Part shown: piece by piece, positions 9,310 through 17,456 of the stretch
Numbering within the stretch: position 1 is the stretch's first letter
Layout of the letters: each line of letters begins with the position of its first letter
Source: Candidatus Bathyarchaeota archaeon
GTDB taxonomy: Archaea; Thermoproteota; Bathyarchaeia; Bathyarchaeales; Bathycorpusculaceae
Length of the DNA stretch: 64,000 nucleotides
Direction of reading: 5' to 3'
Assembly: GCA_963806535.1 (NCBI GenBank)
Contig: CAWDYC010000003.1
Coordinates: 96,001 to 160,000 of the forward strand
Notes under the pieces: generated by a model
What the model was told of the DNA's origin: nothing
The model's input: the letters and a program-made list of their open reading frames with translations, nothing else
Database searches by the model: none
Position numbers and translations under genes: made by a program

Positions 9310-10557
9310 TTATTTGGCGCTCCTTAATGAGTTTTTTATTAACTTCAAAGCCTTTTCCCGTTCATTCCAATCTACAAACAGCAAAATGCTGGATGTGATG
9401 GTTAATATGCCTGAAATATTTATGCCGCTGATTCTTAGGTCTTCGCTGATTTTTCCAATAATGCCATGGGTTGCTTCCAAGCCGACACCACTTGTTTTTA
9501 TGAAGACCAAGTCTTTTTTGACTGCCATAGCAATTGTTTCGTTATTGCTCTTTGTTATGTCATGAATGTTGTTGAAGAACATATCTAAGTTTTTCTCTTG
9601 AGAAACATAAAGGATAATTGAATTTGTAGACATAGACATGCCAAGCAAGAGTGAATGTTGCTTAGTTTCTTCAACCATTTCCTGAACGATTTGCGGATTG
9701 GCTGAGATTCCGTTTCCTATTACTGTTATTTCAGCGACTGGAAAAGAATTAGCAATTTCTGCATCTAATTCTGTTGCTAATGCGCCTGTAATTATTGTAC
9801 CCTCTTCGGTAAGATTGCCGTGTGCATGGTTGATTACTCGGATGTTGATGTTTTTGGGTTTGTACTTCAAGGCTTTGCTATGGATAAATTTAGCGCCTGA
9901 ATCAGCGAGGCCCACTAAGGTGTTAACGTCAATTTCTTTGAGGCGTTCGGGGTTGGAGACGATTTTTGGGTCACCTGACATTATGCCGTCTGCATCCGTT
10001 ACTAACACGATTTCGTCAGCGCCCAATGCTTCAGCTAGAACAAACGCCGTTGTATCGCTTCCGCCTCTTCCAAGCGTGGTAATTTTGCCATCTTTAGTTT
10101 TACCAAGAAAGCCAGCAACCACAGGTATAACACTCCTCTGCATTACCGGCAATACACATTCACGAATGTTCTTTTCACAATCTTTCAAGATTGGATTCGC
10201 ATTTTGGAATGCTGAATCAGTTATTATTGGCCAGTTGCTATCGATTGGATCAAAATAGCAAGATTCTGCCCCATTAGTCTTTAAAGCTGTTGAGAATATC
10301 CGAATGCTGGTTCGTTCACCCATTGATAAGATATCATCTAAATCTTTTTTCTCCAATTTACCTTTTGAAGCGTTTTTAGCAGTGGTCATGAGAACATCGG
10401 TTGTTTTGCCCATCGCTGAAACAACAACGGCAACACGTGTGCCTTTTTTGGCTTCATTCATAACGGCATCTACCGCTTTTAAGAGTCTATCGTGATCGGC
10501 TAAGCTAGAACCACCAAATTTAACAATAATTGTTTTACAAATGCCAGTCCTTTTCAT
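9310..10557 (-). CDS. lysC: Aspartate kinase
   Basis: VKFGGSS, VVSAMG, TTLGRGGSD; C-terminal ACT-like region. Confidence 0.92.
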   Translation of the reverse strand: MKRTGICKTIIVKFGGSSLADHDRLLKAVDAVMNEAKKGTRVAVVVSAMGKTTDVLMTTAKNASKGKLEKKDLDDILSMGERTSIRIFSTALKTNGAESCYFDPIDSNWPIITDSAFQNANPILKDCEKNIRECVLPVMQRSVIPVVAGFLGKTKDGKITTLGRGGSDTTAFVLAEALGADEIVLVTDADGIMSGDPKIVSNPERLKEIDVNTLVGLADSGAKFIHSKALKYKPKNINIRVINHAHGNLTEEGTIITGALATELDAEIANSFPVAEITVIGNGISANPQIVQEMVEETKQHSLLLGMSMSTNSIILYVSQEKNLDMFFNNIHDITKSNNETIAMAVKKDLVFIKTSGVGLEATHGIIGKISEDLRISGINISGILTITSSILLFVDWNEREKALKLIKNSLRSAK

Positions 10558-10576
10558 ATTGATACACCCATGCTTT

Positions 10577-10623
10577 GCCCAGAACTTTTCTTAAAGAACT
10601 TTTCAGTTCTGGGCTTAAGAAAA
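10577..10623 (-). promoter_or_regulatory. Alternative RNA hairpins downstream of the leader ORF (putative attenuator)
   Basis: Transcript UUUUCUUAA-GCCC-AGAACU-GAAA-AGUUCU-UUAAGAAAA-GUUCUGGGC supports two mutually exclusive stems. Confidence 0.65.
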
Positions 10624-10698
10624 ATAACGATAAAAGTAGTAGTCGAAGCTAAGTAATTGTGCTGCGTTGCTTTCTTTGTTTAGTATGAAATTGGACAT
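10615..10698 (-). CDS. Putative Phe/Tyr-rich leader peptide, 27 aa (MSNFILNKESNAAQLLSFDYYFYRYFS)
   Basis: Translated by hand. ATG at 10698, TAA at 10617-10615; 7 of the last 10 sense codons are Tyr/Phe; directly upstream of the aro operon. Confidence 0.8.
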   Translation of the reverse strand: MSNFILNKESNAAQLLSFDYYFYRYFS

Positions 10699-10737
10699 TG
10701 GAGCTTCGAATCCTTGCTGATTGAGACGTTATCCAGA

Positions 10738-10753
10738 AAATATAAGCATTTCG
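10738..10753 (-). promoter_or_regulatory. Candidate BRE/TATA promoter for leader plus aro operon
   Basis: Minus strand CGAAATGC-TTATAT-TT; TATA-like box ends about 41 nt upstream of the leader ATG. Confidence 0.5.
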
Positions 10754-10768
10754 GATTTAGACTACAGT

Positions 10769-11691
10769 TGTTCTATCTAGAAATTCGGTAACACTTTCTC
10801 TATATGTTGGAGAGAGTGCGAGGATTTGGAGCGGGATTGGGAGAAGCTTAGAAAATGGATTATTAGACGGCGGTTAGAAGGCACAGCTGTTTGCTCGATA
10901 TGTACTCAAGCGAAGATAAGCCGGAAAGTATTCTATTTTTGGTGGAACCGATATCAAGCAGAAGGGTGGGGTGGTCTTCAGGAGAAACAGAAAGGCCGTC
11001 CATGTGGACCAAAACTTGACGAGACCTTAAGGAAAAAAGTTGTAAAGTTAAGGGAACGATACGAGTGGGGTCCAAACAAAATAGCGGGACATCTTTGCCA
11101 TTTAGGCTTCACCATTGACCATAACCAAGCTTACCATATCATCTGTGAAGCAGGTTTGAATCGTCCCATAATCGAGCCCAGAAAGACATGGGGAACAAAA
11201 CGTTTCCAACGAGAACATAACAACAGTCTTTGGCAAGCAGACTTCAAGCTCTGTAATGATGATTGGTGGATGATAAGTTACCAGGATGATCATTCAAGAT
11301 TCATCACTGGATCAATTAAAATTTGGAGCCCTACCGGTGAGAATGCTATGTTGCTGCTGGACAGAGCTGTTAAACGGTATGGAACTCCAAAGCAGATTCT
11401 GACGGATCAGGGAACTCAGTTTAAACCTGCAAGGGGAGAAGTATCAGCATTTGACATTCGCTGTAATGAACTTGGAATTGAGCATATCACTGCAAGTGTT
11501 CGCAGGCCTACTACCTGTGGCAAAATTGAAGCTTTCCATAAAGCGTACGAGCTGGAATCTCATCTCTTCAAGGAGCATTGGAGTTTCATACGCTACTACA
11601 ACTATACAAGGCCACACGAAGGAATAAACGATTTAACGCCAGCAGAAATATACCTCAAAGACCAAGTGTTACCCATTTTCTAGATAGAACA
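10769..11691 (+). mobile_element. IS481-like insertion sequence, 923 bp
   Basis: TGT...ACA ends; 28-bp terminal inverted repeats (26/28 match); flanking 15-bp direct repeat GATTTAGACTACAGT at 10754-10768 and 11692-11706. Confidence 0.93.
10826..11683 (+). CDS. DDE transposase (HTH plus integrase core, IS481-like)
   Basis: WQADF, DDHSR, TDQGTQF, GKIEAFH, YNYTRPH; stop codon lies inside the right inverted repeat. Confidence 0.93.
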   Translation: MERDWEKLRKWIIRRRLEGTAVCSICTQAKISRKVFYFWWNRYQAEGWGGLQEKQKGRPCGPKLDETLRKKVVKLRERYEWGPNKIAGHLCHLGFTIDHNQAYHIICEAGLNRPIIEPRKTWGTKRFQREHNNSLWQADFKLCNDDWWMISYQDDHSRFITGSIKIWSPTGENAMLLLDRAVKRYGTPKQILTDQGTQFKPARGEVSAFDIRCNELGIEHITASVRRPTTCGKIEAFHKAYELESHLFKEHWSFIRYYNYTRPHEGINDLTPAEIYLKDQVLPIF

Positions 11692-11786
11692 GATTTAGAC
11701 TACAGTTTAACCGCTAATTAAGCGATTCGCTCAGGTATAGTCTTTATCAATTCGACCGTGCATAAGAAAATGAGGACTAAATTCGA

Positions 11787-12617
11787 ATGAATTCTCAAAA
11801 CAGCTGGCAAGAAATCCTAATGCAATGCAAAAACAAAGTACAAACTTGCATTCGGCCATGTCTCAAGACCATCAGGGAACCCCAACCTAATTTGGGTATG
11901 GGTGCTGGTGGTGACGCTACGAAACCTGTGGATTTGGCGGCTGAAATGGCAATCGTGGAAACTTTAAAAGAGAATGGTGTTTCCTATACCTTGATTAGTG
12001 AGGAGTCGGGGGTAAAAAAATTCGGCGCAGAAGCCGAAAGTTGCTTTATTACTGTTGACCCGATAGATGGAAGCACTAACTTCATGCATGGATTGCCTTT
12101 TTATGCCTGTTCAATCGCAGTCTCTAGAAAACGAACCCTAAACGACGTCTATGCCGGGCTAGTTGCTGATCTTGCCCATGACGTAACCTACACGGCTTAT
12201 GAAGGCAAAGGTGCGTATCGAGACGGCAAAAAAATAGAAACTTCAAAAACCGCTGCTTTAGAGGAAGCAGTCGTAGGTTTGGACTTAAACACGTACAAAG
12301 TAAAGGAAGTTGCGCCTAAACTAACCGATTTAATCGCGAAAACAAGGAATATCAGACATTTTGGTGCCAACGCGGTTGAATTATGTTACGTAGCAAATGG
12401 CTTAACAGATGCATTTGTTGATATTCGCGGGAAACTGCGCACGACAGACGTAGCCGCTGGGTTCTTAATCCTCAAAGAAGCTGGCGGAGTAGTAACTAAG
12501 CCGGACAATCAAGAGTTAAACGCTGAATTGGATCCCAAGCAAACCATCAGCTTTGTAGCCTCTGGCAACTTGGAAATTCACAAAAAAATCATAAGCTTGG
12601 TAAAATCTACATGCTAA
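11787..12617 (+). CDS. suhB: Inositol monophosphatase / fructose-1,6-bisphosphatase family
   Basis: SEE, DPIDGSTNF, DVAAG motifs. Confidence 0.88.
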   Translation: MNSQNSWQEILMQCKNKVQTCIRPCLKTIREPQPNLGMGAGGDATKPVDLAAEMAIVETLKENGVSYTLISEESGVKKFGAEAESCFITVDPIDGSTNFMHGLPFYACSIAVSRKRTLNDVYAGLVADLAHDVTYTAYEGKGAYRDGKKIETSKTAALEEAVVGLDLNTYKVKEVAPKLTDLIAKTRNIRHFGANAVELCYVANGLTDAFVDIRGKLRTTDVAAGFLILKEAGGVVTKPDNQELNAELDPKQTISFVASGNLEIHKKIISLVKSTC

Positions 12618-13453
12618 AATTGTTATGGCCAAATCCTGCAGCACTCGTAAAGTCGGAAAAAACTAAAACTCTTCTTATTGCTGACCCTCACCTCGGCTGG
12701 GAAACATCCCTTCAAGAAAAAGGCATCCATGTTCCAAGTCAAACGGAAAAAATTCTCAATAAATTAAAAGCAATAATTTCCAAATATCAGCCACAAGAAC
12801 TTGTTATTCTTGGCGACGTTAAATACACGGTCATTTCGAGCGAGCTGGGAGAGTGGCATGATGTTCCCGATTTTTTTGTTAAATTACAGGAATATGTTAG
12901 ATCCATTGCTATTGTAAGGGGAAACCATGATGCAAACATTGAGCCTCTGCTACCAGAAAACATCGAGCTTTTGCCTGCAACTGGAGCAATAATTGGTGAT
13001 ATCGGTGTTTTTCACGGGCATAAGTGGCCTTCGCCGGCTTTGTTGAAATGCAAAACTCTGGTTATGGGACATCTGCATCCAGTTGTCGTTTTCCGCGATC
13101 CAGCAGGATTTAAAATCACAAGACAAGTTTGGATGAAAGCAAACTGTAACACTGAAGCTTTCGGGAAGATTTTGTTGCAAAAACACAACATAAAAGTTAA
13201 AGGCACGGTTGCAAAAACACTGAAAGAACATTATGATGTTAGCCTTAAAGCTAAGGAAATTTTTATTATGCCTAGCTTTAACGATTTTCTAGGCGGCAGA
13301 CCAGTAAACGAAACAAGACCCAGAAAAGAAATCAACGCAGAATCGTTGATTGGACCGGTACTGCGTTCGGAAGCGGTGGATGTAGATAATTCTGAGCTTT
13401 TTCTTTTGGACGGAACTTATCTGGGTACTTTAAACCAATTGAGAACTTTATGA
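12611..13453 (+). CDS. Metallophosphoesterase (calcineurin-like)
   Basis: ADPHLG, LGD, GNHD, HGH, GHLHP, MPSFN. Confidence 0.88.
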   Translation: MLKLLWPNPAALVKSEKTKTLLIADPHLGWETSLQEKGIHVPSQTEKILNKLKAIISKYQPQELVILGDVKYTVISSELGEWHDVPDFFVKLQEYVRSIAIVRGNHDANIEPLLPENIELLPATGAIIGDIGVFHGHKWPSPALLKCKTLVMGHLHPVVVFRDPAGFKITRQVWMKANCNTEAFGKILLQKHNIKVKGTVAKTLKEHYDVSLKAKEIFIMPSFNDFLGGRPVNETRPRKEINAESLIGPVLRSEAVDVDNSELFLLDGTYLGTLNQLRTL

Positions 13454-13531
13454 CTAAATTGAGTTTAGTGGTTAACTCTTATATTTGTGGCATGTTATAT
13501 GCATGATATAGTTTGAGGGAGGAAAAATAAA

Positions 13532-13687
13532 GTGAAACTAGTTACAGTATTATTACCGGAAGCTTATCTGGAAGGTTTAGATGAATTAGTTCGTGCAAAC
13601 ATGTACCCAAGCAGAAGCAGCGTAATTCGCTCTTCAGTGAGAGATTTGTTAAAGAAAGAACTTTGGGAAAACAAACGCAACCGTTAG
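13532..13687 (+). CDS. Ribbon-helix-helix regulator, CdrS/CopG-like, 51 aa (absent from ORF track)
   Basis: GTG start after GAGGGAGG; MKLVTVLLPEAYLEGLDELVRANMYPSRSSVIRSSVRDLLKKELWENKRNR. Confidence 0.85.
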   Translation: MKLVTVLLPEAYLEGLDELVRANMYPSRSSVIRSSVRDLLKKELWENKRNR

Positions 13688-13695
13688 AAAAAAGC

Positions 13696-14463
13696 CTAAA
13701 AACTTTTCGCCGAAGCGCAGAGCCGACCAGCCTCTTTAGCGGGATCATCCGCCATCGTGATTTCTCGCCCCACAATAAGATAGTTAGCACCTGCCTTAAT
13801 TGCGGTGCCAACGGCTCCACCTTGAGCGCCAACACCGGGCGAATATATTGGGATTTCTTGACCAAGAATCTGTTTTATTTCCTTAATCTTTTCAGGGTAA
13901 GTCGCACCAACAACAACGCCAGCTGCACCCCATTTTAAGGCTTTTTTGGCAAAAGAAATATACTGTAATATTTTTTCGCCTGTTTCCGAGTCAATAATTG
14001 TTTGCCCGTAACCCTCACTTGCGCCTTTATGGCTCATGTAACAGAGAAGTATCACACCACGATTAAGCTTTTGAGACACTTCAAAAAGCGATTTCATCCC
14101 TTCATTCCATCCGACAAATGGGTTTGCGATTATAGAATCAAAACCTGCAGAATAATAGTATTCAGCTATTACCTGGTTGGTAGCGCCAATGTCGTTTACT
14201 TTAGCATCCATAATTGAAACCAGTCCTTGACTACGAATTTGGTCCACAAGTTGCTGAACGCCGTCAAATGTGCCTAGCGGAAGAACAAGATGATGATTTA
14301 TTTTTACCGCACAGATATAGGGCTCAACTTCTTTGAGAATTTTCTGTGCTTTCAATAACAGTTTCTTTCGATACTCAGGAGCTTGATACGGAAAATCCAA
14401 AGCCAAAATAATTTTGGAACATTTGCTGTTTGCTGCTTCCTGCATTTTTGCTTTAAACGACAC
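13696..14463 (-). CDS. pyrF: Orotidine 5'-phosphate decarboxylase
   Basis: LALD, DAKVNDIGAT, SPGVGAQGG, IVGREI. Confidence 0.93.
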   Translation of the reverse strand: MSFKAKMQEAANSKCSKIILALDFPYQAPEYRKKLLLKAQKILKEVEPYICAVKINHHLVLPLGTFDGVQQLVDQIRSQGLVSIMDAKVNDIGATNQVIAEYYYSAGFDSIIANPFVGWNEGMKSLFEVSQKLNRGVILLCYMSHKGASEGYGQTIIDSETGEKILQYISFAKKALKWGAAGVVVGATYPEKIKEIKQILGQEIPIYSPGVGAQGGAVGTAIKAGANYLIVGREITMADDPAKEAGRLCASAKSF

Positions 14464-14693
14464 TGTTATGCCTTCTTGCTTTATCTTGTTAGGTGCTGAG
14501 CTATTTCATTTTTTCGTCTGCTTCAATCCAGTATAGTTCCCGATTCATATTGAAAAGCGTGTGTCAATTCAGCGATGGAATTCAGTTCAATATGTGTGCT
14601 TAGTGAAGCAAGCAGATTTGCTAAGAGATAGAGATGGTGAAAAATTACTACAACAAAAGAAGATGAAAAAATTCAAAAAATGGAAATTTGCTA

Positions 14694-15381
14694 TTATACA
14701 TTCCAGACATTTGAACTAACAAGTTGCCAAGTAACGGTTAGGTCGTACATCGGGTTGTTGTAAAATTGCTGGTTTATTAATTGAGTGAGCATTCCTGTTT
14801 GCCTATCGAAATAGACATAATCGTATTCAACACGCATTGTATTGCCTGTTGGATCTCTACTATCTTGAAATTCTTCGGCTATGCGCCAAAAGTTTCTGAG
14901 TCTAGGTAGAATCAGCATAGGACTGAGGCTGCGTGTCGTTAACAATTTGTTTATCAAATCCCTTAGGACTAATCAGGTCATTCTTATTCAGATTTGAAGG
15001 ATAAATAGCCCAAAATCCTGATGCATCAGTTCTATTTCCATTCGAAATGTCAATTGTCTGGGGATTTACAAATTGCGTTCCGTTCTGAAGGTCCCAAACT
15101 GTATTAAGCGTAACTCTGGTACCGCTGATCCCTGTTACTGTAACAGTATAATCTTTTGTATCGTTGTATATTGAGAAACCATCTGGAGTTACTGCATCCG
15201 GACTTGTTAAATTTGAGACGCCAGTTAGCTTATATGTGAAAGTGTCGCCAACATGAACACCAACCTTAATGGGTGACCCGGAAAACTGAGTTGCATAAAC
15301 GACTACTGCAGCTGAAACGGCTATTATGACTATTAGAATTATGGCAAAAAAGAGTCTTTTTGAGGAGTTTTTCTTGGGCAT
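14694..15381 (-). CDS. Membrane-anchored/secreted hypothetical protein, one frameshift
   Basis: Two overlapping ORFs (14902-15381, 14694-14957); N-terminal hydrophobic helix. Confidence 0.6.
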
Positions 15382-15555
15382 AACTCTAACATTGCATGGT
15401 TCATCTATTTAGTTGTTTTCCCAAAAACTCAACGAAAAATCAGGCAAGTTTAATTACAGAAAAAGCCATTTTTTCATTACTAAATAAAATATAAAACTCT
15501 TAAAAGGGTAAATTTAAGAGAAAGAACAGTTCATAAGACACTTCGGTGGAAAAAA

Positions 15556-16608
15556 TTGTATTGCCATAAATGTGGGACCCAACTTCCAGAAGATGCAGCC
15601 TTCTGCGTTAAATGCGGAACAAGCACTGGATCAAATTCTCCTTCGCCAACTTCAACTTCTGCAGCTCCAGTAATTGCCGCTTCAGGAGTTTCATCCTTGA
15701 AGTGTCCTAGCTGTGGAGCGCCAATCTCGCCCAAATTTGGAGAGATGGTCATAACCTGCGAATATTGCGGCAATGCAGTAACTCTTGGTGCCGAAGGATG
15801 GACAAATATTCAAAAGCAAACGATGCTTGATTTGAAAGTTGCCACCATTGACCAAGTGAATTCAATAATTACCCCACTTATGGATAGGGGACTTCTACAT
15901 AGACACCTGCATGAGGATTCTACGCAGGAAGAGATGAGCCTAACGTTCGTGCCTTATTGGATAGTAAGCGTTTCAGCCCGAACAAGCATAATCGCTACCG
16001 ATGAAACGGGGCAACTTGCGCAAGCCGCTACAACTGCTGCCTTGATGGGTGTAGTTTTTGGCGGAATGAGTGGAGGTTTCGGAGGACGAGGTGGATTCGG
16101 TAGACGTTCTTTTGAGAAGCAGTTTGCACTTGGCAACCCATTTTCAGGAATTCTAGGGTTGAAGCGGATAAGAATAATGGCTTGGGGAATGGGGATGGGT
16201 ATGGGAGGCGGAATGAAAAAAACCGAGCAGATGGACATGAACTACAATTTCCCTGTAATTGCTCTAAAAGCTCTTACAGATTATCAGCCACGCGATTACC
16301 AATTCAACCTAGAAAGCAGGGAACTGTTCGACATTTCCAAATTACCAAAGGGAGTTAAGATACTTAACGGCGACATCAGCGAAGAAGTAGGAAAATCACA
16401 AGCTAAGACACTTGTGGATCAGCTTCAATCGCAAAAGGCGCATGAGAAATATCATATGATCCAATCGATACACACCGATTCAGATATTGGAGATGTAGAG
16501 CTGCTTCATGTTCCAGTCTGGTTTGCGAAATATGATCATAAGGGTAACAAAATAGTACTTGTCATCGATGCCAACTCTGGTATGGTTATCAATAGTTTCG
16601 GTCTCTAA
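15556..16608 (+). CDS. Zinc-ribbon domain protein
   Basis: CHKCG, CVKCG, CPSCG, CEYCG motifs; Gly-rich insert. Confidence 0.75.
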   Translation: MYCHKCGTQLPEDAAFCVKCGTSTGSNSPSPTSTSAAPVIAASGVSSLKCPSCGAPISPKFGEMVITCEYCGNAVTLGAEGWTNIQKQTMLDLKVATIDQVNSIITPLMDRGLLHRHLHEDSTQEEMSLTFVPYWIVSVSARTSIIATDETGQLAQAATTAALMGVVFGGMSGGFGGRGGFGRRSFEKQFALGNPFSGILGLKRIRIMAWGMGMGMGGGMKKTEQMDMNYNFPVIALKALTDYQPRDYQFNLESRELFDISKLPKGVKILNGDISEEVGKSQAKTLVDQLQSQKAHEKYHMIQSIHTDSDIGDVELLHVPVWFAKYDHKGNKIVLVIDANSGMVINSFGL

Positions 16609-16662
16609 TCCATTTTTCTAGAAGCATCTTAAAGAGAAATTGTTTTTTTTCCTACAAAAAAG

Positions 16663-16718
16663 TTAGGCATGCCTAAATATTTATTAGGGTCGCCTAAACC
16701 TAATTTAGGTATGCCTAA
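16663..16718. promoter_or_regulatory. Three palindromic TTAGG-N4-CCTAA boxes (DtxR/MntR-type operator array)
   Basis: Boxes start at 16663, 16684 and 16705 (21-bp period) at the start of a DtxR-family gene. Confidence 0.8.
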
Positions 16719-17454
16719 ATTAAAAGCGTCCTCAAGCAACAGCATGCAAGATTATCTAAGAGCAATAGCCTCGCTGTCAAACAACGGCGACCCAGTCAAC
16801 ACAACCGAAATTTCACGATACTTAAGCATCGCACCGGCAAGCGTAACTGAAATGCTTAAAAAAATGTCCCAAAAAGGCTATCTCAGCTACTCTGCATACC
16901 ATGGCACATTTCTTACTCTAAAAGGACAAGCAGAAGCACAGAAAATAACCCGAAAACATAGACTTCTCGAAAGGTTTCTCTCAGATGTGCTTCAAATTAG
17001 AAAAGATCAAGTGCACGCTCAAGCCTGCGAAATGGAACATACATTATCAGATGAAGCAGAAGAATCACTTTGCCGCTTACTAAAACATCCAGACACTTGC
17101 CCCGACGATGGCAAAATAATTCCAGCCTGCGACCTACCATTCAAAACGTGCGAGGAATGCATTTCTCTACATAAGCAAGGGCTAGAAGAAGTTGGAAAAC
17201 GTCATGAGAACCTGCAGTCAATTTGTACCCTCAAATCAGGAGTAAACGCCAAAGTCTCGTTCATCAGAGGCGAGCATAGAACCCTTCAGAGACTTCTAGA
17301 TATGGGCCTAACTCCAGGGACTTCGATAAAAATTGAAAGAGTCGCGCCCCTCAAAGGTCCAATAGAGGTTTGCGTGCGAGGATCAAAAGTAGCTTTGGGA
17401 CAAGATATTGCCGCCAACGTGTTTGTAGAATCAATTCCAAAGAAGGCAGGATAG
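16711..17454 (+). CDS. DtxR/MntR-family metal-dependent repressor with C-terminal FeoA domain
   Basis: [30 protein letters not shown]; Feo[11 protein letters not shown]; start uncertain (16669, 16711 or 16744). Confidence 0.9.
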   Translation: MPKLKASSSNSMQDYLRAIASLSNNGDPVNTTEISRYLSIAPASVTEMLKKMSQKGYLSYSAYHGTFLTLKGQAEAQKITRKHRLLERFLSDVLQIRKDQVHAQACEMEHTLSDEAEESLCRLLKHPDTCPDDGKIIPACDLPFKTCEECISLHKQGLEEVGKRHENLQSICTLKSGVNAKVSFIRGEHRTLQRLLDMGLTPGTSIKIERVAPLKGPIEVCVRGSKVALGQDIAANVFVESIPKKAG

Positions 17455-17456
17455 GC

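Noticed and set aside
693-10495. Plus-strand ORFs opposite the aro operon (for example 2642-3301, 6104-6673)
   Set aside because: Antisense shadows of well-identified genes, with no recognisable motifs.
16669-16710. N-terminal MPK...MPK repeat in the DtxR ORF
   Set aside because: It is the translation of the DNA operator palindromes; the real start is probably at 16711 or later.
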